Positions 28,830 to 38,702 of a stretch of DNA of 53,871 bases are shown in pieces. Positions within the stretch are counted from its first letter, which is position 1, and each line of letters opens with the position of its first letter. The notes beneath the pieces were generated by a model that saw only the letters and a program-made list of their open reading frames with translations, was not told where the DNA came from and did no database searches. The stretch is taken from positions 1 through 53,871 of IMG/VR virus record IMGVR_UViG_2718218453_000001; one strand, 5' to 3'. The translations under genes and the position numbers were made by a program. Origin of the DNA: a virus. Taxonomy: Duplodnaviria; Heunggongvirae; Uroviricota; Caudoviricetes.

Positions 28830-29897
28830 ATGAAGCGGCTAACTGAAGAACAAATTGAACATTCTTTGATCAGAGCAAGGAAGATTGCGAAGCGGGAGTC
28901 AAGAAAGCTTTCTGGTGGAAGACGGATGCTACAGCCCATGCGGGTATTCTCTCGTGTGAGAATACCCGCGCCTGCGTCATTGGACTTATTTAATACTAAA
29001 AATTACAAACTATTTATAGAGTTTATCACTTTAATCAGAGATTACATCAATGATGGTGAGAAAATTTTAATAGATTTCAGAAATACAAAATCTCTGAAAG
29101 CATGTGCAGTAATCGTATTGTATGCACATATTGACTTTTTACAAAGGCAAACAAAAGATAAAAATATAATTTCTATTACTACGTGCGGTTCACCCAGGGC
29201 AAATAACTGGTTTAAAATATGTGGTATTTGGGGGATTACAGGGTTTCAGCGTATAGCTGCAGATAAGCTTAATTCAATGGAAATTGTTTCCGCTGTTGCA
29301 GGCAAAACTAGAGATGATCATGAAAGTGCCGAAGCAAGACAAAAAATTAAAAATATTCTACGTTATATAAAAGATACCATTTATGAAGGTAAGATTTCCG
29401 CTTCGGATGGTGTGAAATTATATGCAGCATTAACTGAATCTATTAGCAATGTTGGTCTACATGCGTATTCAAATGAAGAACAGTTCTCTGAATTTATTGA
29501 GGACATTGGTAAAAGATGGTGGATATTGGCACACAAAGTCGAAGAACAACTATTTTTGATGGTGTATGATATGGGAGAAGGTATCCCAGTTACATTGGTT
29601 AAAAAAGACTTTTTCACATTTATCGCTCAGATATTTAATCCTAAGACGGATTCTGATAAAATATTCGCGGCTGTACAGTATGGTGAGACAAGAATGAATA
29701 GTCAGAAGCATGGTAAAGGATTACCTGATATGAAAAGGTATGTTGTAGATAACCCTGAGGGGCAGTTACATATTTTTAGTGGAATGGGACGATATTCTTA
29801 TGATGCTGAAAATAATGTTGAAGATAAATTTGATCTGCCATACTCCATAGGTGGAACCCTTATTCAATGGAATGTAAGTTTGAGAGGTGCTGAATGA
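28830..29897 (+). CDS. RsbW/SpoIIAB-like GHKL kinase/ATPase domain protein (cargo gene 1)
   Basis: AT-rich; GHKL motifs: N-box ESISNVGLHAY, G1 VYDMGEGIP, G2 GKGLPD; start at ATG 28830 with GAGGAAAGG RBS; inverted repeat TAGTTGTTG / CAACAACTA just upstream. Confidence 0.7.
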   Translation: MKRLTEEQIEHSLIRARKIAKRESRKLSGGRRMLQPMRVFSRVRIPAPASLDLFNTKNYKLFIEFITLIRDYINDGEKILIDFRNTKSLKACAVIVLYAHIDFLQRQTKDKNIISITTCGSPRANNWFKICGIWGITGFQRIAADKLNSMEIVSAVAGKTRDDHESAEARQKIKNILRYIKDTIYEGKISASDGVKLYAALTESISNVGLHAYSNEEQFSEFIEDIGKRWWILAHKVEEQLFLMVYDMGEGIPVTLVKKDFFTFIAQIFNPKTDSDKIFAAVQYGETRMNSQKHGKGLPDMKRYVVDNPEGQLHIFSGMGRYSYDAENNVEDKFDLPYSIGGTLIQWNVSLRGAE

Positions 29898-30214
29898 AAA
29901 TCAAAGAGATACATGTTGCTGAAGATTTTTCAGATGTTCCCTATGGCCGCTATGATGAGGATGGTCCTGATAATGGACAACGTTTCCGTGAAAAGTATCT
30001 TTTGAAAGCCATCCAAGATTATGATGAGGTGCACGTGTACCTTGATGGTGCTATGGGTTATGGTTCTTCATTCTTGGAAGAGGCGTTTGGTGGACTTTAT
30101 AGAACAAATAATATAGATAAAGCTATAATTAGGAAAAAATTAAAAATATTTACTGATTTGGATTTCCTCAAGGATAGTATATGGGGATATATTTCTGATG
30201 CTAAAAAGGAGTGA
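29894..30214 (+). CDS. STAS-like (anti-sigma-antagonist fold) small protein (cargo gene 2)
   Basis: 106 aa, ATGA overlap with gene 1; VHVYLDGAMGYGSSFLEEAFGGL resembles STAS/DUF4325-like sequences. Confidence 0.6.
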   Translation: MKIKEIHVAEDFSDVPYGRYDEDGPDNGQRFREKYLLKAIQDYDEVHVYLDGAMGYGSSFLEEAFGGLYRTNNIDKAIIRKKLKIFTDLDFLKDSIWGYISDAKKE

Positions 30215-30219
30215 TGTTC

Positions 30220-30708
30220 ATGGATGAACTTCCGGTTTATCTGCGGTTATTACAATACCTTGCTAGTTCAGGTGTGATTGCAATTCTAACAGCCTTGATT
30301 GGTTGGGTTTTTGTATATAGAAACTCCCGTGCGTTGCAAAAGAGGAGTGAAACATGGTCAATTGTAAAAAATGTTTCAGATAATTTAAAGGAAATTGAAT
30401 CTGCATCAAGAAAGTTTTGGATACCGGGAGATTCAAAAGAAATTGATGCAATGTCATTTCAAAATGAGATAACAGCACTTCTTGCGGAGACCGAGCGGTG
30501 GTTGAATCATCTAAAACAACGCATTAATATCGAAGGTGACTATAAACCTTTGATTGCTGATTTATTCAAAGATGCTACATCTAATATTGAAAAAGCACAG
30601 GAGTATGATAAAAGTCAAAGGACAAGAATTAGTGTATTAGTGTCAAAAAGGGCGAAAATAATTAAATCTCTAATTGATGAGTCTTATCAGAAAAAATTCT
30701 TAAAGTGA
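30220..30708 (+). CDS. Small membrane protein (cargo gene 3)
   Basis: N-terminal hydrophobic helix LASSGVIAILTALIGWVFVY then charged helical region; AAAGGAG RBS 8 nt upstream; overlaps gene 2 stop. Confidence 0.6.
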   Translation: MDELPVYLRLLQYLASSGVIAILTALIGWVFVYRNSRALQKRSETWSIVKNVSDNLKEIESASRKFWIPGDSKEIDAMSFQNEITALLAETERWLNHLKQRINIEGDYKPLIADLFKDATSNIEKAQEYDKSQRTRISVLVSKRAKIIKSLIDESYQKKFLK

Positions 30709-30793
30709 TAATTTGTTACGGCACGGTAGTGCCGTAGTTTTTTTTCTTATTATGTGTTGAGCGATGGATGTCCTATTAAGTGATGTAAATGTA

Positions 30794-31822
30794 TCAGAAT
30801 GAATATATTTCAAATTCTATTATTTTTTTATCAAGCCATTCATTTATCTCTCCTAAGCGTTTTTGTAATGGTATAAGTTCGTTTCGTACAAACACTTTAC
30901 TTGCTTTCTCCACATCCCCAAACCCCCCAACATTATTAGGCATAATCCCCATCATCTGAGGCGGCACGCGGTGCGCTGCCATCATGTCATCCCGACTAAC
31001 ATTTTTGATATTCAGAAATTCATCCTTCGCCGCGACTTCTGACAATGGGATGATCTGAAGCCCGTCCTTTTTGCCGTTAGGCGAGTACATAAACAGGTTG
31101 CGGAAGTTGCCTGGACCTTTGGCGCTTTTCATCGCGTTGCGGAGGTTGTTCACATCCTCCTGGTTTTGCGCGGCATCGGTCATGTACATGATAAAGCCCG
31201 CATGGCTGCCGTTAATGTAATACTTGCGACGGAACAGCGTGGCGGACTCGTTGAGCAGGGCTGACGGAATGGCAGAAAGATAGCCGGGCAGGCCGTAGAT
31301 CTCCTGGTTGATGTCCGGTTCCATCAGATGAAAAATGCTGCCTTTCGTGAACTGATACGGCTGGGTTGTCATACCGTATTGCACAAACCAGTAGGTATCC
31401 AGGTCTAATCCGCGTCGGGTGTATTTTGCCAGCGCAGGCTCAAGAGCGATAACTTCACCGAATCGGTTTGTGCGTTTCTCCAGGTAGGCGTTACCAAATA
31501 CCAGATAGTCCTGCACAAAACGCGAAAAAGCCTGCTGGCTGAGCAGCGGATGAGGGATATAGGTACTGGTCAGAATGTTGCACTTTACTGCAATCGGGGA
31601 ACTGTGATGCACGGCAGCGCGGAAGGTGCGCGCCAGTCCGTCAAAGCTGACGGGCGGCTCATACCAACGGTCCATCTGTACGCATTCCACATAGTCCAGC
31701 AGTTCTCGGCGGTCCAGAACAGGAACGGGATCGCCGAAGCTGAATGCTTCGGCTGTAGTCTGGTTTTTAAGCTGGAGCTGTTTCGTCGCCGCAGCGCGGT
31801 TCTTCTTACTCTTTCCCATCAA
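30794..31822 (-). CDS. Q: Portal protein gpQ
   Basis: 342 aa; P2 Q-like; upstream of terminase on minus strand. Confidence 0.9.
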   Translation of the reverse strand: MMGKSKKNRAAATKQLQLKNQTTAEAFSFGDPVPVLDRRELLDYVECVQMDRWYEPPVSFDGLARTFRAAVHHSSPIAVKCNILTSTYIPHPLLSQQAFSRFVQDYLVFGNAYLEKRTNRFGEVIALEPALAKYTRRGLDLDTYWFVQYGMTTQPYQFTKGSIFHLMEPDINQEIYGLPGYLSAIPSALLNESATLFRRKYYINGSHAGFIMYMTDAAQNQEDVNNLRNAMKSAKGPGNFRNLFMYSPNGKKDGLQIIPLSEVAAKDEFLNIKNVSRDDMMAAHRVPPQMMGIMPNNVGGFGDVEKASKVFVRNELIPLQKRLGEINEWLDKKIIEFEIYSF

Positions 31823-33585
31823 AAAATCTCCACAATATTGCTGGTATTGGCGGATTCGCCCTGCAGCGGTTCGTTAAACAGTGCGTGCATTGTTGCCCAG
31901 GCCAGATCGGCGTGGCTGGCTTCTTCGCTGCGGCTGGCTTCATAGGTCGGGCGGTTGCCGCTGGCGGTGGTTGCGCGACGGATTGCCATGAATGACTGCG
32001 CAATGTCGGTGTGTCCGGCGTCAAACTCCAGACGACGGTGACTGATAATGTCGTAGGCCTTGAGTACCAGAGCGTTTTTAACGTTGGGGTTGTAGACAAA
32101 CTCCCGGACGGCAGGAAAGAACGCTTTCACGTTCTCATAAACCCCGTGACCGACGCCTGTCGAGTCAATGCCGATATAGGTCACGTTGTACTGCTCGGTC
32201 AGTTTTTTGATTGCATCAGCCTGGGCGCGGAAGTCCATCCCGCGCCACTGGTGACGCTCAAGAATACGGAACTTACCGCCCGGCACCGCTGGCGGAGCCA
32301 CCACCACGCATCCGGCACTGTCGCCGTTTTGCGTACCTTTCGCCGGGTCATATCCGATCCACACTTCGCGCCAGCCAAACGGGCGCAGGGCCAGTGCATG
32401 AAAGTCGGTCCAGACTTCCCAACTGTCCACCATGCACGCCTGCAGCTCGCTGAGCGGGAACACGGACGCGAGATCGTCCACGAACTCACACATCAGCAGG
32501 TTCTGGTATTCGTCCGGGCTGTACTCCATGCGTAGCTGGTCGAGGTCGAACAGGTTACAGCCGCCGCGCACCGCATCTTCCACGGTGACTATCTGGCGGT
32601 ACTGCCCGTCTGCGCACAGCAGGCCGGGGGCCAGATTGCTGTGGGACAGGTCGATGTCCACCTTATCGGCTTTGTTGCGCCCTCGGTTGAACAGCGCACC
32701 GGACCAGAACGGATAAGCACTGTGTGTCAGGCTGGATGGCGTGGAAAAATAGGTTTGTCGCCATTTTTTGTGAATAGCCATACCGGAAGCCACTTTGCGC
32801 AGCTCCTGGAATTTCGGTATCCAGAAATATTCATCCAGATACAGGTTGCCGTGGTAACTCTGGGCCGTGCGGGCATTGGTGCCGAGGAAGTAAAGCGTGG
32901 CCCCGTTAGGAAGCACCATCGGATCGCCTTTCAGCTCCACCTCGACTTCTTTGGCGAAGTCGATGATGTACTGCTTAAAGACGTGGGCCTGTGCCTTGCT
33001 GGCGGAAAGAAAAATCTGGTTACGTCCGGTAAGCAGGGCGTCAATCAGGGCTTCACGGGCAAAGTAAAAGGTCGCGCCGATCTGGCGTGATTTCAGCAGG
33101 TTGCGGATGCGGTTGGTTTTTCCGGCTTCCCACCAGTGGCGCTGGTAGTTGAACATGGAGGAATGGAAGATTTCTTCCAGCTTCTCAATCTGTTCATCGG
33201 TGAAGACATTCTTTTCCGGTTGACGGCGCGGGCCTTTGTTGCGGTTGGCGACGTTAGGGTTTAAGTCGGCTTCGTTGCCGCCATTGTTAAACTTGCCGAT
33301 CCGCGCGTGGCGCTCCGACTGGCGCGCCAGCAGGTCAATCTCTTTGAAATCTTTCCCTTCTTTGTGCTCCTTCATAATGAGCTGGCAGTAGCGTGCGGCG
33401 GTGGTGAGCTGCATCTGATCCAGCGGCCCATAGTCACCCCACTTGTCGCGTTTTTTCCAGCTGTGAACGGTTGCAACTTTCTCGCCCAGCATTTCAGCAA
33501 TGCGGGCTACGCGGTATCCCTGAAAGTACAGCAGCATGGCCTGCCGACGGGGATCGAGATCTGCGGGTGTCAGTGTGGTGTTCAT
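31819..33585 (-). CDS. P: Terminase large subunit gpP
   Basis: 588 aa; P2 P-like size and order. Confidence 0.9.
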   Translation of the reverse strand: MNTTLTPADLDPRRQAMLLYFQGYRVARIAEMLGEKVATVHSWKKRDKWGDYGPLDQMQLTTAARYCQLIMKEHKEGKDFKEIDLLARQSERHARIGKFNNGGNEADLNPNVANRNKGPRRQPEKNVFTDEQIEKLEEIFHSSMFNYQRHWWEAGKTNRIRNLLKSRQIGATFYFAREALIDALLTGRNQIFLSASKAQAHVFKQYIIDFAKEVEVELKGDPMVLPNGATLYFLGTNARTAQSYHGNLYLDEYFWIPKFQELRKVASGMAIHKKWRQTYFSTPSSLTHSAYPFWSGALFNRGRNKADKVDIDLSHSNLAPGLLCADGQYRQIVTVEDAVRGGCNLFDLDQLRMEYSPDEYQNLLMCEFVDDLASVFPLSELQACMVDSWEVWTDFHALALRPFGWREVWIGYDPAKGTQNGDSAGCVVVAPPAVPGGKFRILERHQWRGMDFRAQADAIKKLTEQYNVTYIGIDSTGVGHGVYENVKAFFPAVREFVYNPNVKNALVLKAYDIISHRRLEFDAGHTDIAQSFMAIRRATTASGNRPTYEASRSEEASHADLAWATMHALFNEPLQGESANTSNIVEIF

Positions 33586-33631
33586 GGCACAAACCTACAG
33601 CCTTGAATGAAGGCTTTCCCCGCCTTCGGTT

Positions 33632-33649
33632 TGTGTGGTTGTCGGTACA
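33632..33649. promoter_or_regulatory. Late promoter dyad TGT-N12-ACA between divergent P and O operons
   Basis: TGTGTGGTTGTCGGTACA. Confidence 0.5.
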
Positions 33650-33727
33650 AATACCGCGCATTGTTTCACTGCCCCCATCACCGCAACCATAAGGCTCCAG
33701 TAAGTTTTTTCTAACGGAGCACGGCTC

Positions 33728-34561
33728 ATGACAGTGAAAGCAAAGCGTTTTCGCATCGGGGTGGAAGGTGCCACCACCGACGGACGCGAAATCCAGCGTG
33801 AATGGCTGGAACAGATGGCAGCCAGCTACAACCCGGCGGTGTATACCGCGCTGATTAACCTTGAGCACATCAAGTCTTATCTGCCGGACAGCACCTTTAA
33901 CCGTTACGGCAAGGTGACGGCGCTGTTTGCTGAAGAAATCACGGAGGGTCCGCTGGCGGGCAAGATGGCACTGTATGCCGACGTTGAGCCAACGGAATCA
34001 CTGGTGGAACTGGTGAAAAAAGGCCAGAAATTATTCACCTCTATGGAAGTCAGCCCGAAGTTTGCTGATACGGGCAAAGCCTACCTGGTCGGCCTGGCTG
34101 CCACTGATGACCCTGCCAGTCTGGGCACTGAAATGCTGACATTCAGCGCCAGTGCAGCCCATAACCCGCTGGCAAACCGCAAGCAGAATCCCGCCAATCT
34201 TTTTACCGCTGCAGAGGAAACGGTGATCGAACTGGAAGAAATCCAGGATGACAAACCGTCCCTGTTTGCCCGTGTCACGGCGCTGTTCACCAAAAAAGAG
34301 CAGTCCGATGATGCCCGGTTCTCTGATGTGCATAAGGCCGTGGAGCTGGTCGCCACTGAGCAGCAGAACCTGAGCGCACGCACCGAAAAATCCCTGTCTG
34401 AGCAGGAAGAACGCCTGTCTGAACTGGAGACTGCTCTGCAGGAGCAGCAAACCGCTTTTAACGAACTGGTGAATAAGCTGAGTCATGAAGACAGCCGCCA
34501 GGACTACCGCCAGCGTGCAACAGGCGGTAACGCCCCCGCTGACACTCTGACCAATTGCTGA
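33728..34561 (+). CDS. O: Capsid scaffold protein gpO
   Basis: 277 aa, P2 O position and size. Confidence 0.85.
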   Translation: MTVKAKRFRIGVEGATTDGREIQREWLEQMAASYNPAVYTALINLEHIKSYLPDSTFNRYGKVTALFAEEITEGPLAGKMALYADVEPTESLVELVKKGQKLFTSMEVSPKFADTGKAYLVGLAATDDPASLGTEMLTFSASAAHNPLANRKQNPANLFTAAEETVIELEEIQDDKPSLFARVTALFTKKEQSDDARFSDVHKAVELVATEQQNLSARTEKSLSEQEERLSELETALQEQQTAFNELVNKLSHEDSRQDYRQRATGGNAPADTLTNC

Positions 34562-34577
34562 TGGAGCACAAAACCTG

Positions 34578-35636
34578 ATGAAGAAGAATACCCGCTTTGC
34601 TTTTAACGCTTACCTGCAGCAGCTGGCGCGTCTGAACGGTGTGGCAGTTGAAGAACTGTCCAGCAAGTTCACCGTGGAGCCGTCTGTACAGCAGACGCTG
34701 GAAGACCAGATCCAGCAGTCCGCCGCTTTCCTGACGCTGATTAACGTCACGCCAGTGACTGAGCAGTCCGGTCAGCTGCTGGGGTTGGGTGTTGGCAGCA
34801 CCATTGCCGGAACCACTGATACCACCGCGAAAGAGCGTGAACCTGTCGATCCGACGCTGATGGTCGATGTGGAATACAAATGCGAGCAGACCAACTTTGA
34901 CACGGTGCTGACCTACGCGAAGCTGGACCTGTGGGCGAAATTTCAGGATTTCCAGGTGCGTATCCGTGACGCCATCGTGAAACGTCAGGCACTGGACCGC
35001 ATCATGATCGGCTTTAACGGCGTGAAGCGTGCGAAAACCTCCAACCGTAGTGAAAACCCGCTGCTGCAGGATGTGAACAAAGGCTGGCTGCAGAAAATCC
35101 GTGAGGATGCACCGGATCACGTCATGGGCAGCACCACCACAGGCGGTGAAACCACACCGGGCGCGGTGAAAGTCGGTAAAGGTGGCGAATATGTCAACCT
35201 GGACGCCGTGGTGATGGATGCCGTCAATGAGCTTATCGACGTGGTCTACCAGGACGATGACGATCTGGTGGTGATTTGCGGTCGTGAACTGTTGTCTGAC
35301 AAGTATTTCCCGCTGGTCAACAAAGAGCAGGAAAACAGTGAAAAACTCGCTGCCGATATGATCATCAGTCAGAAACGCATGGGTGGCCTGCAGGCCGTGC
35401 GTGCGCCGTTCTTCCCGCCGAATGCACTGCTGATCACCCGTCTGGATAACTTGTCCATCTACTGGCAGGAAGACACCCGCCGCCGTTCAGTTATCGACAA
35501 CCCGAAACGTGACCGGATTGAAAACTTTGAATCCGTTAATGAAGCCTATGTGGTTGAGGACTACCGCTGCGTCGCACTGGTGGAAAACATCCAGATTGGT
35601 GATTTCAGCGCCGCCGCAGCAGAAGCCGGAGCGTAA
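34578..35636 (+). CDS. N: Major capsid protein gpN
   Basis: 352 aa, GGAG RBS, P2 N position. Confidence 0.9.
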   Translation: MKKNTRFAFNAYLQQLARLNGVAVEELSSKFTVEPSVQQTLEDQIQQSAAFLTLINVTPVTEQSGQLLGLGVGSTIAGTTDTTAKEREPVDPTLMVDVEYKCEQTNFDTVLTYAKLDLWAKFQDFQVRIRDAIVKRQALDRIMIGFNGVKRAKTSNRSENPLLQDVNKGWLQKIREDAPDHVMGSTTTGGETTPGAVKVGKGGEYVNLDAVVMDAVNELIDVVYQDDDDLVVICGRELLSDKYFPLVNKEQENSEKLAADMIISQKRMGGLQAVRAPFFPPNALLITRLDNLSIYWQEDTRRRSVIDNPKRDRIENFESVNEAYVVEDYRCVALVENIQIGDFSAAAAEAGA

Positions 35637-35639
35637 ACC

Positions 35640-36290
35640 ATGAGCCTGAGTCCCGCACGGCAGCATCGCCTGCGCGTTCAGGCTGAACAGGCCGCCCGTG
35701 AGGGCGGCAGTGTTCGCCACGCGTCGGGCTATGACCTGATGCTGCTGCAGCTGGCGGAAGACCGCCGCCGTCTCAAGGGCGTTCAGTCCACGGTGAAAAA
35801 AGCGGAAATAAAGGTGGAGCTGCTGCCGAAATATGCCGCCTGGGCGGAGGGCGTCCTGGCTGCCGGAGGCGCTCAACAGGATGACGTGCTGATGTACGTG
35901 ATGCTGTGGCGCATTGATGCCGGAGATTATTCCGGGGCGCTGGAGATCGGGCGTCATGCCCTGCGTCATGGCTGGGTGATGCCGCTGGGTAACCGCAACG
36001 TGCAGACCGTGCTGGCAGAGGAAATGGCAGATGCAGCGCAGAGCGCAATGCTTGCCGCTACCGGCTTTGATGCCGATCTGTTGCTGCAGACGCTGGAGCT
36101 GACAGACGGTCTGGATATGCCGGACCAGTCACGGGCGCGTCTGCATAAAGCGATTGGCGCGGTCCTGAGTGAAAGCAATCCGGCGTCCGCCCTTAATCAT
36201 CTCAACCATGCGTTACAGCTCGATCCCCGCTGTGGCGTGAAAAAAGACAAACAGCAGCTGGAGCGCAGACTGCGCAATGACAGCCGCTGA
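35640..36290 (+). CDS. M: Terminase small (endonuclease) subunit gpM
   Basis: 216 aa, follows N. Confidence 0.85.
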   Translation: MSLSPARQHRLRVQAEQAAREGGSVRHASGYDLMLLQLAEDRRRLKGVQSTVKKAEIKVELLPKYAAWAEGVLAAGGAQQDDVLMYVMLWRIDAGDYSGALEIGRHALRHGWVMPLGNRNVQTVLAEEMADAAQSAMLAATGFDADLLLQTLELTDGLDMPDQSRARLHKAIGAVLSESNPASALNHLNHALQLDPRCGVKKDKQQLERRLRNDSR

Positions 36291-36385
36291 CAGAACGTGC
36301 CCCCGCGCACGGGCGGCACGGGGTGGCGAAAGGCATAGCCACATCAAAATCCCGTCCACCGCCCTCTATTTCAGGAGAAAGCAGC

Positions 36386-36850
36386 ATGAAGTTTGTTGCG
36401 CCAGAACAGGCACCGGAACAGGCGGAAATCATCAGAAATACGCCGTTCTGGCCTGATGTGGACCTGTCGGAGTTCCGCAGTGTGATGCGCACTGACGGCA
36501 CGGTGACGCAGCCGCGTTTAAAGCAGGTTGCGCTGTCGGCAATTTCGGAGGTCAACGCAGAGCTGTATGAGTTTCGCAGACGCCAGCAGATGCTGGGATA
36601 TGCCTCGCTGGCAGAGGTTCCGGCGGAACAGCTGGACGGCAAAAGTGAGCGCATTCAGCACTATTTCAACGCGGTTTACTGCTGGGCACGCGCCATGCTC
36701 AACGAACGATACCAGGACTATGACGCCACGGCATCCGGTGTGAAGCGGGGCGAAGAACTGGCAGAAGCCAGCGGTGATTTGTGGCGTGACGCCCGCTGGG
36801 CCATCAGCCGGGTACAGGATGCGCCGCACTGCACAGTGGAGCTTATCTGA
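36386..36850 (+). CDS. L: Head completion protein gpL
   Basis: Start at ATG 36386 with AGGAGA RBS. Confidence 0.8.
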   Translation: MKFVAPEQAPEQAEIIRNTPFWPDVDLSEFRSVMRTDGTVTQPRLKQVALSAISEVNAELYEFRRRQQMLGYASLAEVPAEQLDGKSERIQHYFNAVYCWARAMLNERYQDYDATASGVKRGEELAEASGDLWRDARWAISRVQDAPHCTVELI

Positions 36851-37053
36851 TGAAAGTGCGTGCGCATCAGTATGACACGGTGGACGCGCTTTGCTGGCGT
36901 CATTACGGGCGCACGCAGGGTGTCACGGAGCAGGTACTGAAGGCAAATCCGGGGCTTGCCGAATACAGCCCCTTTTTACCTCACGGGCTGCAGGTGGAGC
37001 TGCCGGACATTCCGACCACCACCACCGTGCAGACCGTCCAGCTATGGGACTGA
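36850..37053 (+). CDS. X: Tail protein X
   Basis: 67 aa, P2 X position. Confidence 0.75.
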   Translation: MKVRAHQYDTVDALCWRHYGRTQGVTEQVLKANPGLAEYSPFLPHGLQVELPDIPTTTTVQTVQLWD

Positions 37054-37056
37054 ATT

Positions 37057-37272
37057 ATGACGCTTGAGCGAATCAGCGCCTTTATCACGTATTGCATCGC
37101 CGTCGTGCTGGCCTGGCTGGGCGATTTGTCCATCAAGGATGCCTCAACGCTGGGCGGCCTGATGATTGGTGTGCTGATGCTGGCTATCAACTGGTACTAC
37201 AAACACAAAGCCTACCAGCTTCTGCGCGACGGGCAGATCTCGCGGGAGGACTATGAATCCATCAATCGTTAA
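37057..37272 (+). CDS. Putative holin
   Basis: 71 aa with two hydrophobic segments and a charged C-terminus, immediately before the endolysin. Confidence 0.6.
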   Translation: MTLERISAFITYCIAVVLAWLGDLSIKDASTLGGLMIGVLMLAINWYYKHKAYQLLRDGQISREDYESINR

Positions 37273-37765
37273 ACGCTGCCTTATCGGGACCGTGCTGGCT
37301 ATTGCTGCCACGCTGCCGGGTTTTCAGCAGCTTCACACCTCCGTGGAGGGGCTGAAACTGATTGCCGATTACGAAGGCTGTCGTCTGCAGCCGTATCAGT
37401 GCAGCGCGGGTGTCTGGACCGACGGCATTGGTAATACATCGGGCGTCATTCCCGGCAAAACAATCACGGAGCGACAGGCAGCAGAAGGGCTGATCTCCAA
37501 CGTGCTGCGTGTGGAGCGGGCGCTGGAAAGGTGTGTGAAGCAACAGCCGCCGCAGAAGGTGTATGACGCTGCGGTGTCGTTTGCCTTCAACGTGGGTACG
37601 GGCAATGCCTGCAGTTCCACGCTGGTGAAATTACTCAATCAGCGGCGCTGGGCGGATGCATGCCGACAGTTGCCGCGCTGGGTTTATGTGAAAGGTGTTT
37701 TTAATCAGGGGCTGGATAACCGCCGTGCGCGGGAGATGGCCTGGTGCTTACAGGGAGCAAACTGA
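37253..37765 (+). CDS. K: Endolysin (lysozyme-like)
   Basis: LIADYEGCRLQPYQCSAGVWTDGIGNT catalytic-region motif; GGGAGGA RBS. Confidence 0.85.
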   Translation: MNPSIVKRCLIGTVLAIAATLPGFQQLHTSVEGLKLIADYEGCRLQPYQCSAGVWTDGIGNTSGVIPGKTITERQAAEGLISNVLRVERALERCVKQQPPQKVYDAAVSFAFNVGTGNACSSTLVKLLNQRRWADACRQLPRWVYVKGVFNQGLDNRRAREMAWCLQGAN

Positions 37766-37766
37766 A

Positions 37767-38144
37767 ATGAAAAAGAAATTAATCAGCTGGCTGTTTCTGA
37801 TGTTATGGATGGCGCTGTTAATCGCAGCAATGATGTATCCGCAGGGAATTTTTCCGGTACTGGCAGCATCCGGCGTTTGGGTAGCCTGTCTGCTGACATG
37901 GGCAGTAATTCCGGTAGCACTGGCTGCGTTAATTAAGAACGACCCGCTCTGGCAGGAGTTGAGGGCATCTTTGCTGAAGAGCATTACCCGAAAAGAAAAC
38001 GTATTTATCAGCTGGATGATGCGATTGCTGATTGTCGTAAGTCTCGCCTGGACGGGGTGGGCTATTACCCTGGTCTTTTATCTGCTGACCGTTATTGCCT
38101 TCTGGATCACCCGTAATCAGATGGCGCAACAGGTAGCAGCATGA
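37767..38144 (+). CDS. LysA-like membrane protein
   Basis: Four hydrophobic helices; ATG at 37767. Confidence 0.6.
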   Translation: MKKKLISWLFLMLWMALLIAAMMYPQGIFPVLAASGVWVACLLTWAVIPVALAALIKNDPLWQELRASLLKSITRKENVFISWMMRLLIVVSLAWTGWAITLVFYLLTVIAFWITRNQMAQQVAA

Positions 38145-38569
38145 ACCGGTTACTGCTGGTTGTGCTGGCTTTATTACTGGCGGCGCTGGGCTGGCAGACG
38201 TGGCGGCTGGCTGATGCCAGCCAGACCATAAGCACGCAGGCAGACGAGCTGCAGAGCAAAAGCCAGGCGCTGGCAAAGAGCAACAACCAGCTTATCAGCC
38301 TGTCCATTCTGACTGAAACTAACAACTGGGAGCAGGCGCGGCTCTATGCCGAAGCAGAACAGACCAGTGCACTGCTGAGACAACGACAACGCCGGATTGA
38401 GGAACTGAAACGTGAGAACGAGGATTTACGCCGCTGGGCTGATACTCCTTTGCCTGCTGACATTATCCGGCTGCGAAAACGTCCGGCATTCACCGGAGGT
38501 GCAGCTTACCGTCAGTGGTTGTCCGCGAGTGACGCCGTGTCGGCTGGATCAGGCCGCGCCGCACACTAA
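38141..38569 (+). CDS. lysB: LysB / Rz-like i-spanin
   Basis: N-terminal TM helix then coiled coil. Confidence 0.7.
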   Translation: MNRLLLVVLALLLAALGWQTWRLADASQTISTQADELQSKSQALAKSNNQLISLSILTETNNWEQARLYAEAEQTSALLRQRQRRIEELKRENEDLRRWADTPLPADIIRLRKRPAFTGGAAYRQWLSASDAVSAGSGRAAH

Positions 38570-38702
38570 CGGTGATCTGAGCGCATTGCTGGATGAAACG
38601 GAAGCCGCCTGGGCGGTCTGTGCAGATAAAGTGGACATGATTATTGCGTGTCAGGAGCGAAACAGTGAACAAACCACAATCCCTGCGCCACGCCCTCAAT
38701 AA
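38412..38702 (+). CDS. lysC: LysC / Rz1-like o-spanin (overlapping frame)
   Basis: Lipobox LTLSGC; embedded in and extending beyond lysB; start codon uncertain (GTG). Confidence 0.55.
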   Translation: MRTRIYAAGLILLCLLTLSGCENVRHSPEVQLTVSGCPRVTPCRLDQAAPHTNGDLSALLDETEAAWAVCADKVDMIIACQERNSEQTTIPAPRPQ

